From positions 1-63,599 of the forward strand of contig JALSOR010000005.1 of NCBI GenBank assembly GCA_026986415.1: DNA of 63,599 nt, written 5' to 3'. Position numbers and translations under genes: made by a program. The notes beneath the pieces are model-generated. The model was not told where the DNA came from. It did not search any database and was given only the letters and a program-made list of their open reading frames with translations. The stretch is from Acidilobaceae archaeon (GTDB lineage: Archaea; Thermoproteota; Thermoprotei_A; Sulfolobales; Acidilobaceae). Numbering within the stretch: the first letter of the stretch is position 1; each line of letters opens with the position of its first letter. Positions 39,381-47,523 of this stretch are shown piece by piece.

Positions 39381-39642
39381 CCCATGCACCCTCTTCGGGG
39401 AACACGCCGTTCTCTATCATGAAGACTGCAAGATCCTGAGGGGTGATCTCCCTGTCAGACAGTATTGCACGCTTAAGCCTGTCCCAGTCGGGCCTTACTT
39501 TTTTCCCGAAATCCTCCCAGAGCCACTCTGAAACAGTATTCTCACTAATACTGTTACTTTTAACTATTTGATCTATCAGGGCCCCTTTAACGGCCTTCTC
39601 CCATGCTGCAAGCCTACGGGGGTTAAGAGGCATCCGGGTCAC
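39304..39642 (-). CDS. Hypothetical protein
   Basis: 112-aa ORF. Its last 26 or so codons overlap the start of the downstream gene out of frame. Confidence 0.4.
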   Translation of the reverse strand: MTRMPLNPRRLAAWEKAVKGALIDQIVKSNSISENTVSEWLWEDFGKKVRPDWDRLKRAILSDREITPQDLAVFMIENGVFPEEGAWDVMPRVGLRGGQTSREPSRGEEGRL

Positions 39643-39736
39643 CGAGTATTCTGTTCGCCGCGAGGGTTAAGTATTATTAGAGTAGTGCAGGCGGGAACCC
39701 GTTTAACCTTCCCCAGCAATAGTCATTCTTAACCGG

Positions 39737-40693
39737 GTGTCCCCCGGGTTGACGCTCTACGATTTGAAAGGGAGAGATCTAGTCTGCCTCACAGAGTATA
39801 CGGGAGAGGAGATTAGACGTATAATAGAGGCTGGCCTGGACTTCAAGAGGCGGTACTATTCGGGCGAGAGGAGCATACCTGTACTGTCAGGTAAGAGTAT
39901 CGCAATGATATTTGAGAAGCCCAGCACGCGCACGAGGGTCAGCTTCGAGGTGGCCGCCTGGGAGTTGGGAGCGAAAGCATTGTATCTGGGATGGAGAGAC
40001 CTCCAACTCGGACGTGGAGAGACAATAGAAGACACGGGAAGAGTTCTCTCGAGGTATGTGGACGGTATAGTTGCCAGGGTCAAGGAGCATGAGAAGCTTG
40101 AGCGGCTCGCTTCCGCGGCCGATGTGCCGGTAATCAATGCCCTGAGCGATTTGAGCCATCCATGCCAGGCCCTAGCGGATTATATGACCCTTTTAGAGCT
40201 GAAAGGGAGGTTGGAAGGATTAACACTAGCGTTTGTGGGAGACGGGTCCGACAACGTGCTTCACAGCCTTCTAGTTGCCGGCGCGAAACTCGGCGTTAAT
40301 ATAAGGGTTGCGAGTCCGAGAGAGTTGAGGCCTGACAGTAGGATTCTCGAGCATGCTCTTAGCGCGGCCAAGAAGACTGGTGCTAGAATAGAGATAGTCG
40401 AGGACCCGTTTGAGGCCGTCAAAGATGCTGACGCGATATATACCGACGTGTGGGTTAGCATGGGGCAGGAGGAGATGAGAGAGGAGAAGGTCCGGCTTCT
40501 CAGGAAATACCAGGTGAACACGGAGCTCATGTCACATGCTAAGCCGGACGCGGTGTTTATGCACTGCCTACCAGCGCATAGAGGAGAGGAGGTTACAGAC
40601 GAAGTTATCGATGGTCCTAGAAGCGCTGTCTGGGTCGAGGCGGAGAACAGGCTGCACGTGCAGAAGGCTATTCTTGCCCTACTATTATCCTAA
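39737..40693 (+). CDS. argF: Ornithine carbamoyltransferase
   Basis: [21 protein letters not shown] and [11 protein letters not shown] motifs. GTG start. Confidence 0.9.
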   Translation: MSPGLTLYDLKGRDLVCLTEYTGEEIRRIIEAGLDFKRRYYSGERSIPVLSGKSIAMIFEKPSTRTRVSFEVAAWELGAKALYLGWRDLQLGRGETIEDTGRVLSRYVDGIVARVKEHEKLERLASAADVPVINALSDLSHPCQALADYMTLLELKGRLEGLTLAFVGDGSDNVLHSLLVAGAKLGVNIRVASPRELRPDSRILEHALSAAKKTGARIEIVEDPFEAVKDADAIYTDVWVSMGQEEMREEKVRLLRKYQVNTELMSHAKPDAVFMHCLPAHRGEEVTDEVIDGPRSAVWVEAENRLHVQKAILALLLS

Positions 40694-40737
40694 AATTTTT
40701 TATATAAGGCTTATGTTAACCGGGGAGTTTACAGGTG

Positions 40738-41355
40738 CTATCCTAGCCTGATCCTCACCGCGCCCTCCCTGTAAACGGTGACCCTCCCCTCGGAAACGTC
40801 TACTACAGTGCTCGCCTCCCCGATCTTCGCAGGGCCACAGTCAATATAGAGATCAACCTGCTCTCCAAGCTGTGACACGCTTTCATAAACTGTTACCGGC
40901 GGAGTCCTCCCACTCCTATTAGCACTAGTCCCCACCACTGCGCCTCCAAGCCTCCTAGCAATAGCCCTAACCAGCGGGGCATCGGGAAGGCGGACCCCAA
41001 TCCTCTTCCATGCCTTTAAGTGTTCGGGGGCCCGCGGAGACGCTGGAGCAACAATAGTTAGAGCTCCAGGCCAGTATCTTAGGGCTAGGTCCCAGAAGAG
41101 AGGGCTGGTCTCGACAAGCAGTAGGGCATGGTGGGCCTCGCCGAGGAGGAGTGGCAGTGGTTTATCGGCAGGCCGCTTTTTCACCTTGTAGACTCTCAGT
41201 ACGGCTTCCCTATTGAAAGGATCAGCTATTAGGCCGTAAAGAGTGTCTGTCCCAACCACTACTAGCCCTCCACGCTTGAGAATCCTGGTTGCCCTCTCAA
41301 CAACCTGGGGGCTCTCACAGTAGCAGTCGGCCTCTACTATTTCTATGCCAGCCAA
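40738..41355 (-). CDS. tsaC: L-threonylcarbamoyladenylate synthase, YrdC/TsaC-type (single domain)
   Basis: GGLVVVGTDTLYGLIADPFNREAVLRVYKVKKRPADKPLPLLL...GTSANRSG. Confidence 0.85.
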   Translation of the reverse strand: MAGIEIVEADCYCESPQVVERATRILKRGGLVVVGTDTLYGLIADPFNREAVLRVYKVKKRPADKPLPLLLGEAHHALLLVETSPLFWDLALRYWPGALTIVAPASPRAPEHLKAWKRIGVRLPDAPLVRAIARRLGGAVVGTSANRSGRTPPVTVYESVSQLGEQVDLYIDCGPAKIGEASTVVDVSEGRVTVYREGAVRIRLG

Positions 41356-41512
41356 CAGTGCACACCCTGGGGATAACCCTTTAAGAAAGGTTCCCCTATA
41401 CTATCGAGGCAAAAATAATGTTACATGTGTGGGGAGGGCGCCAAGCCCTAGAGAACCATTAGCTAATATAAGTTTGCGGGGAACGCTCATATCTTTAAGG
41501 GGTGCGGATCAA

Positions 41513-42637
41513 GTGTCAAGAACAACTATAGACGTGTCGAAGCTAGAGATAAACAAGAGACAACTAGCAAGACTGCTAAGGGAGGTTAAAAAGTGGAGTG
41601 CTCCCGCCACAGTCCTGCTAAGCCTATATATACCGCCTGGAAGGCCTATTAGCGACGTTATGAGCCTCTTACGCCAGGAGTATTCTACGGCCGACAACAT
41701 TAAACTTAAGAAGACACGGCAAGCCGTTAAGAGGGCTCTAGCTGCCGCTATGGACAGGCTACAGATGATACCTAAAGTCCCCCCGAACGGTCTCGTCTTG
41801 TTCTGCGGGGAAAACATGGACACGGGCGACTTCGCATGCTACGTCTTCAGCCCGCCCGAGAAGGTCCCCGTATTCTACTATAGGACGGATAAGAGGTTCA
41901 TAACGGACTTTCTAGACGAAATGGTGGAGAACGAGGACGTGATAGGCATACTGATAGTCGAGAGGGACCAGGGGACGATCGGCATACTTAAAGGTAGCAG
42001 GCTCCAAGTGCTGGAAGAAGTAAGCGACTATATCCCCGGGAAGCATAAGATGGGAGGCCAGAGCCAGAGGCGATACGATAGAATCATAGAACAGATGGTG
42101 GAAGAATTCTATAAGAGGTTCGCGGAACACGCTAGGAGGCAGTTGGAGCCATACCTTACTAAGGGGAAGCTTAAGGGCATAATTGTGGCTGGCCCCGGGC
42201 TCGCCAAGGTAGACTTTGTCAAGGGTAAATACTTAGACTATAGGTTACAGCAGCTCGTCTCTAAAGAACTCGTTGACGTTGCATACCAGGGAGACCAGGG
42301 ATTAAAGGAGGCCGTGATGAAAGCACACGATGTCGTGCAAGCCCAAAAGTATAGGGATGCTATCAACGCGCTAGAGGAGTTTAAGAAGTATCTCGTGAAA
42401 GACACGGGCATGATCGTCTACGGGCCACGAGAGGTTGAAGAAGCACTCAACATGGGCATGGTAAGAACACTACTGATCCACGAGGACAGGGAAGACCTGG
42501 AGGAGTGGAGAGACAAGGCCAAAATGAGCGGGGCCGAAGTAATCGTTATCCCCTCTAGCCTGCCAGAGGCGGAATGGTTCAAGAAAACATTCGATGGCCT
42601 GGCAGGAATACTCAGGTATAAGCTAGCGAGAAGATAA
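41513..42637 (+). CDS. prf1: Peptide chain release factor aRF1
   Basis: NIK-type motif (STADNIKLKKTRQ) and GGQ (HKMGGQSQRRY). GTG 41513 is preceded by AAGGGGTG. The ORF-track start at 41345 overlaps tsaC and is probably an over-extension. Confidence 0.9.
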   Translation: MSRTTIDVSKLEINKRQLARLLREVKKWSAPATVLLSLYIPPGRPISDVMSLLRQEYSTADNIKLKKTRQAVKRALAAAMDRLQMIPKVPPNGLVLFCGENMDTGDFACYVFSPPEKVPVFYYRTDKRFITDFLDEMVENEDVIGILIVERDQGTIGILKGSRLQVLEEVSDYIPGKHKMGGQSQRRYDRIIEQMVEEFYKRFAEHARRQLEPYLTKGKLKGIIVAGPGLAKVDFVKGKYLDYRLQQLVSKELVDVAYQGDQGLKEAVMKAHDVVQAQKYRDAINALEEFKKYLVKDTGMIVYGPREVEEALNMGMVRTLLIHEDREDLEEWRDKAKMSGAEVIVIPSSLPEAEWFKKTFDGLAGILRYKLARR

Positions 42638-42652
42638 GATCCGGGGGGAACC

Positions 42653-43192
42653 CTAATCTTTGGAGAGGCTTTTCCTGAGACGCTCCACAGCACCTATCTC
42701 GAGGAGGAACTCTGCGGTCGAGGGGGTAACCGTTTCTATCCATCTCGGATCCCCAGCCGCGATGAGCCTCCTTATACGCTCGCCCCTCCACTCTCCCCTG
42801 TTGAAGAGCGGGGGCTCTACAACACCTATACCTGCATCCTCGAAGATCTTTGATATAACGGGGTTCCGAGTCAGTATCGCGTCGACCCTTGGAACATAGG
42901 AGAGCACGTAGTACACGCTCCCTATACTCGTTTCCAACGTCCTGATAGTGGCGGTTATGAATTTGTCCAGAGAGTATCCTTCGTCTCTAAGGGAGAGCCT
43001 TATCATCTCTATTCTTTCACCTGCAGTGAAGGGGTTCCTTGGGGTGTAGTTTTCAGATGCCATCCCCACTAGGAAGACGATCTCGTCAAAACCATTGTTT
43101 ATAGCCCAGTTGACTATCGCCAGGTGCCCCTTGTGGAACGGTTGGAATCTCCCGAAGATAAGCGCCCTTCGAGGTCTTCCGGCTTTCACCAT
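42653..43192 (-). CDS. nadM: Nicotinamide-nucleotide adenylyltransferase, archaeal type
   Basis: ALIFGRFQPFHKGHLAIVNWA (HxGH nucleotidyltransferase motif). 179 aa. Confidence 0.9.
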   Translation of the reverse strand: MVKAGRPRRALIFGRFQPFHKGHLAIVNWAINNGFDEIVFLVGMASENYTPRNPFTAGERIEMIRLSLRDEGYSLDKFITATIRTLETSIGSVYYVLSYVPRVDAILTRNPVISKIFEDAGIGVVEPPLFNRGEWRGERIRRLIAAGDPRWIETVTPSTAEFLLEIGAVERLRKSLSKD

Positions 43193-43393
43193 AGTGCACC
43201 CTTATCTTCGCAACCCTAAAACTACTGTTATCCGAATATCTTATTAGCATGTTACCGGGATTTTCTATGCTAATTATTCATAACACGGCATAGATTATAT
43301 GTATTGCCCATGAAGCGGGCCTCCATGTCGGGAAACCTTATAGGGCCTATTTAATCATGACCTATACTGGACTCCGGTTTGAGGTGGACAGTA

Positions 43394-43720
43394 ATGGCTG
43401 GAGAACATGGATTCGAGGATAAGGAGAGCATAACCAAAAATTTGAAAGTAGTCTATGAGGACCCAGAGATTATAGTTTATACGGCACCGACAGAGGAGGA
43501 GCTAAAGGAGATACTGTTAGATCTTCTAGAGAAGCATGAGCGTATGAGCATTAGGGATCTCCACCAGTTCCTCTCGGGGCTTGCGAGCGAGGACAAGATT
43601 CGCTACGCGCTGAGCCGTTTGATGGAGGAGAACCTTGTTGCTGTCGATAAGGATGGATACTATTATATTGCCCCTGCGGTGTATGACGACTATTACATGG
43701 GAGAAGAAAATTATTATTAG
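43394..43720 (+). CDS. Small winged-helix protein
   Basis: ILLDLLEKHERMSIRDLHQFLSGLASEDKIRYALSRLMEENLVAVDKDGYYYI, with a Tyr/Asp-rich tail. Confidence 0.45.
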   Translation: MAGEHGFEDKESITKNLKVVYEDPEIIVYTAPTEEELKEILLDLLEKHERMSIRDLHQFLSGLASEDKIRYALSRLMEENLVAVDKDGYYYIAPAVYDDYYMGEENYY

Positions 43721-44016
43721 ATAAAATAGGCTTGGTTTACAACGTCGTGGAAGTCATTGGGGAGAACCTTCTTTCTCGACCTATAATACTCGTATACCTT
43801 TTCCAGGAATTTCGTGAACACTGGGCACCCATCAAACTTCCCGTCCCTATCGCATCGCCCAGGCCTTCCCTCAACTGTGACCATGAGGAGACACTGACCA
43901 GTCTTCTTATCATAATATGGGCATAGCTTGTGGTACCTCTTCGCGCTTTTAACCATCTTCTCGATCCATCTCTTTTTAAGCTCGTCATCCCCCTCGGCCG
44001 GTCCCGGTCCAGGCAC
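43717..44016 (-). CDS. Small 4-Cys protein
   Basis: 99 aa with CPYYDKKTGQC...GRCDRDGKFDGCPVF. Confidence 0.4.
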   Translation of the reverse strand: MPGPGPAEGDDELKKRWIEKMVKSAKRYHKLCPYYDKKTGQCLLMVTVEGRPGRCDRDGKFDGCPVFTKFLEKVYEYYRSRKKVLPNDFHDVVNQAYFI

Positions 44017-44091
44017 AGCTTCTCACCATATTGGTATGAATGTATAGGTGTAGAGACTATTTAATCTACACCTACTGGACGGTATTTGGGT

Positions 44092-44691
44092 CTAGAGTAG
44101 CAGTATTAATGATAATATGATTAGAGCGCCCCACAACATCTTATTATAGCGGAACAGCTTGCTTCCATCGAGCGGTGGTATAGGTAGTAGGTTAAAGAAT
44201 GCCACCCAGGCGTTTATAGAGGCGAAGTCCGCCAGGAAGATATGGGTTTCAGTGGAACCGGCTACATGCGCAGCCAAGTAGCCTAGCAGTGATAGTATTA
44301 GGTTCGTTGCGGGTCCGGCCGCTACGGACCGGGTTATCGCCTTTTCCAGGCCTGGCACGTATGAGTAGATGGTCGTCTTCACGTAGCCTGGTGTTATAAG
44401 AATTATGTTAGGTATGAAGCCTGAGAGGGCGGTCAGAAGAAGGCCTGGCTTGTATGCTACGAATTCAGCGTACAGCCCGTTCCTACGGCTCACGTAGCGG
44501 TGGGCGAGCTCGTGGAGTACTAGTCCTACTATTAATCCTATTGAGGAGCCGGAAATATAAGCATTAATATTAAAAATATTATATATTTTTATTATAGAGA
44601 ATAGTGATACTAGAACGCCTAGCACCCAAGAGACTGGCTCTCCTATTTCCTGGGAGCCATTAAACCTCAATACCGCCATAACCAGCACCAA
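44092..44691 (-). CDS. Site-2 protease family (M50) membrane metalloprotease, short form
   Basis: HELAH zinc motif in a TM helix, plus FNLLPIPPLDGSKL (NxxPxxxLDG). Confidence 0.75.
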   Translation of the reverse strand: MVLVMAVLRFNGSQEIGEPVSWVLGVLVSLFSIIKIYNIFNINAYISGSSIGLIVGLVLHELAHRYVSRRNGLYAEFVAYKPGLLLTALSGFIPNIILITPGYVKTTIYSYVPGLEKAITRSVAAGPATNLILSLLGYLAAHVAGSTETHIFLADFASINAWVAFFNLLPIPPLDGSKLFRYNKMLWGALIILSLILLL

Positions 44692-44879
44692 CTAGACAGC
44701 CGCATGTTAGCGTCATAAAAATTAACATACAGTCCCACAGCGAACCACGCAGCTCAGCGGGAAACAGGGAGCAAAATATACGTTTAACCCAGCTTTTCAG
44801 GCCGACCCATTTAGTAGGGACATCACATAATCCTAACCTATAACAGGACCCGTCTGGGCGGGGGAGGTTCCAAACGACC

Positions 44880-45263
44880 TTGCTGGGGGACGTGAGACTC
44901 CTATGGGAGATAGCTAGAGACGAAATCACAGCCAGCATCCACAGGCTCAAGAGAACTCATGGAAAAGCCGTCGAGCTCGGAAACGATACTCTAGCCAGAG
45001 CAGCATCATTATGGCTAGCACAGCTGGAGCATATTAAAGGTAGAATAGACTCGATACTCTCCCACATTGACTCGACATACTATGTCCATGAGAGCGAAGC
45101 ATGCGAGCTCCTATCACTTCTAGACAAGCTACTGTTTAACATAGATTTGTCGCACGAGAAATTTCTTACTGAGCCTCTAAGAAGGCCTCTACTTCTAGCG
45201 AAGCATGCTGCCTCTTCTCATTGTTATAGTGCTAGAGAGAACGGGGTAAATATAACGTTATAA
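44880..45263 (+). CDS. Hypothetical helical protein
   Basis: 127-aa ORF with TTG start. No family recognised. Confidence 0.3.
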   Translation: MLGDVRLLWEIARDEITASIHRLKRTHGKAVELGNDTLARAASLWLAQLEHIKGRIDSILSHIDSTYYVHESEACELLSLLDKLLFNIDLSHEKFLTEPLRRPLLLAKHAASSHCYSARENGVNITL

Positions 45264-45309
45264 AATATTTAAACGTTGTATCTACATAATATTAGTATGG
45301 TGATATCGC

Positions 45310-45804
45310 ATGGTCGAGTTTAAGGGCTTAGAAGTAGATTTCAGCCATGTCCCAATAAAACCGACCGGAGCTAAAGAGGTTAGAGAGTTAGAGATAGCCT
45401 TAATCATAGGCACACTGTTCAGGGAGGATGTTATAAAAGAGATAATGGAGCCTCGAGAGTTCACAACGTGGGTTGACAGCCTGGCGGTCGCTGCTGGCGC
45501 GGTTGCCAGAGCCCAGGCCGGGTATCCGGTTTCAAAGATCGCAGAAGAGCTTGGCAGGACTGAGACGACCATTAGGAATCACCTTCAGGGGAAGACAAAA
45601 GCAGGAAAGCTCGTTCTCGAAACTCTAGAAATGCTGAAACGTGGTAAACTCCAAATAGCTGTTCCTGTTGGCGTTTGCCAGCCTTCAGAGGAGGTTGAAA
45701 AGGTAAAGGCCGAGCTTGAAGAGTGTAAGCGGAGAGTTGAGGAGTTGGAGGGTAAACTGGCAACGGTAAAAGATGAATTGAAAAAGATAATAGAAAAAAT
45801 ATGA
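45310..45804 (+). CDS. HTH protein with C-terminal coiled coil
   Basis: YPVSKIAEELGRTETTIRNHLQGKTKAGK (HTH-like), followed by EEVEKVKAELEECKRRVEELEGKLATVKDELKKIIEKI. Confidence 0.45.
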   Translation: MVEFKGLEVDFSHVPIKPTGAKEVRELEIALIIGTLFREDVIKEIMEPREFTTWVDSLAVAAGAVARAQAGYPVSKIAEELGRTETTIRNHLQGKTKAGKLVLETLEMLKRGKLQIAVPVGVCQPSEEVEKVKAELEECKRRVEELEGKLATVKDELKKIIEKI

Positions 45805-45898
45805 TTTTTAAATAATATATTGTCGTATTTATGTCGCACCCCCAGGTATGACCCCCTACCCATTTAGCCCTCCGAAACAATAGATTCTAGAGATCCCG

Positions 45899-46144
45899 GT
45901 GTCAGAGCAAATGTCCCGGGATAAACGGCGGAGACCCTCCTACACGCCCGTATTTGCAATATACCATAGGCCTTCCTCCGAGTGCGAGTTTTTCGAGTAT
46001 GAAGAAGCCGAGGGATACTACCTAGCATACTGTAAAGTGCTCCAAAGATACTTGACAAGAGACGCGGCCTTGAAGTGTGAGAACTACTGGAAAACGTGTC
46101 CGTTCAGAAAGATAGGGCTCCAAATGGCAGAAGAGAAAGAGTAA
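45899..46144 (+). CDS. Small 4-Cys protein
   Basis: 81 aa with ECEFFEY...YCKVLQRY...KCENYWKTCPF. Confidence 0.35.
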   Translation: MSEQMSRDKRRRPSYTPVFAIYHRPSSECEFFEYEEAEGYYLAYCKVLQRYLTRDAALKCENYWKTCPFRKIGLQMAEEKE

Positions 46145-46154
46145 GGCTCGAACG

Positions 46155-46520
46155 TTAGGACCTAAACCTGCGCACGCTCACTCCGAGCTGTTTAGCCTTA
46201 TCTATGAGCTCGGCCGTAACCTTAGGCCCGGACCCGTAGAGTACCAGTATAGGCTTAGCATTCTTCTCGGCAGCCGCTGAAGCTAGACTTTCGGCAACTT
46301 CTACTGGTACTCTGCCCGTTCTACTATAGACTTTAACTATGAGGCGTTCTCCCTTCTTCGAAGCTATAAAGTTGTATGGAGCTTGATCCTCAGTGCTTAC
46401 CATCTCCACATGGTACCCAGCAGTCCTGTATGCCCCTGCCACCTTACCGGTAATACCATACTTTGTGGCGAGCTTCTTGGCCTCGAACGCCTCTCTTGCC
46501 GTGGTCATTTCCGAGTACAC
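46155..46520 (-). CDS. Mrr-cat / PD-(D/E)xK-fold-like small protein
   Basis: YRTAGYHVEMVS...YNFIASKKGERLIVKVY...AKPILVLYGSGPKVTAELIDKAKQLGVSV follows the Mrr catalytic-domain layout, although the canonical acidic residues are not obvious. Confidence 0.4.
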   Translation of the reverse strand: MYSEMTTAREAFEAKKLATKYGITGKVAGAYRTAGYHVEMVSTEDQAPYNFIASKKGERLIVKVYSRTGRVPVEVAESLASAAAEKNAKPILVLYGSGPKVTAELIDKAKQLGVSVRRFRS

Positions 46521-46572
46521 CGGATAGATGGGTGAGAATCGACAGTATTTTAAGGTTGACCGCAGGCACCGT

Positions 46573-47484
46573 TTATGGTAGTATCTGGGTTCCCCGCCTG
46601 CCTTTGAAGACCTCGTATGCTTCTTCTAGGAGGCCTATTGCCGCGCGCCTGCCTGTCTCTCGTACAAAATCTATTACCGCTTCAACCTTGGGGCCCATAC
46701 TGCCTGGGGGGAACTCTCCTTTCCTATAGAGTTCTTCTAGCGTGTCAACGTTTACCTGGTGGAGCCATTTCTCTCCCGGCTTTCGGAAGTTGACCGCTAT
46801 GCCTGGAACATCTGTGAGTATGACGAAAAGATCAGCGTCTATCTCCCGGGCTAGAACGCTGGAAGCCCTATCCTTGTCAATAACGGCCTCTACAGGGTTC
46901 AGATCCTCGTCGACCGGTATCCCTCCCCCGCCTACACTTACCACGATATAGCCCTGAGAAAGCATGTTTTTGATTATCGGAGATTCTAGTATCCTGAGCG
47001 GTTTCGGGCTTGGTACAACCCTACGCCAGCCGCCTCTAGGATCAGGTTTCATCACCCAGCCCTTCCTCTCAGCCAGCAGCTTTGCTTCTCGCTCGGAATA
47101 ATAGGAGCCAACATACTTTGTCGGGTTCTTGAACGCCGGGTCGCTCCTGCTCACGACCACTCTAGTCGTTAGAACTGCTACCCTCCTCGTCCAGGACAAC
47201 GCTTGCTCTAGGGCGTGCTGGATCATATATCCGAGCCATCCCTGTGTCATGGCGACCATCATATCAAGAGTAGGCTGGGGCTTTCCAGTGCTACATGAGA
47301 AGGCTTCAAGGAGCAGTCCTACCTGGGGTCCGTTGCCGTGGGTGATAGACAGTTCAACGCCGCTCTCAACGATTCTTGCTAGCGGTATTGCCGCGTTTCT
47401 AACATTTTTCCACATCTCTTCTGGTGAACCCTTCTCTCCCTTGCGTAGGAGGGCGTTGCCGCCTAGTGCTATTACGGCTCTCAA
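46573..47484 (-). CDS. arcC: Carbamate kinase
   Basis: RAVIALGGNALL start, ITHGNGPQVG and GGGGIPV motifs. Confidence 0.9.
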   Translation of the reverse strand: MRAVIALGGNALLRKGEKGSPEEMWKNVRNAAIPLARIVESGVELSITHGNGPQVGLLLEAFSCSTGKPQPTLDMMVAMTQGWLGYMIQHALEQALSWTRRVAVLTTRVVVSRSDPAFKNPTKYVGSYYSEREAKLLAERKGWVMKPDPRGGWRRVVPSPKPLRILESPIIKNMLSQGYIVVSVGGGGIPVDEDLNPVEAVIDKDRASSVLAREIDADLFVILTDVPGIAVNFRKPGEKWLHQVNVDTLEELYRKGEFPPGSMGPKVEAVIDFVRETGRRAAIGLLEEAYEVFKGRRGTQILP

Positions 47485-47523
47485 CCCAGACCCTCTTTGC
47501 TAAAAATAATATAAGTATTTAAA

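Noticed and set aside
37662-39736. Integrated virus or plasmid hypothesis for the wHTH gene trio
   Set aside because: No integrase, flanking direct repeats, tRNA target or other viral or plasmid hallmark genes were seen. It is kept only as a possible ancient origin-associated cluster in the findings.
41345-41512. 56-codon N-terminal extension of the aRF1 ORF, overlapping tsaC head-to-head
   Set aside because: The extension is not aRF1-like. GTG 41513 has an SD-like AAGGGGTG and gives a normal-length aRF1.
43240-43275. Inverted repeat TTAGCAT...ATGCTAA in the nadM upstream spacer, and similar 6-7-bp repeats at 44710-44740 and 48950-48985
   Set aside because: These are short, AT-rich and expected by chance in promoter-type spacers, with no supporting features.
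44660-44950. 96-aa minus-strand ORF spanning the spacer upstream of the S2P protease gene
   Set aside because: It overlaps the protease start and the start of the plus-strand ORF at 44880. It has no motifs and is Cys/Trp-rich in a way typical of non-coding frames.
45282-45880. Minus-strand ORFs (45282..45572, 45572..45880, 45585..45863) opposite the HTH/coiled-coil gene
   Set aside because: These are mutually overlapping antisense frames. The plus-strand product has a coherent HTH and heptad repeats.
33723-46520. Idea that the C5-methyltransferase forms a restriction-modification system with the Mrr-cat-like protein at 46155..46520
   Set aside because: The two genes are more than 11 kb apart with about a dozen unrelated genes between them, and the small protein lacks clear catalytic residues.
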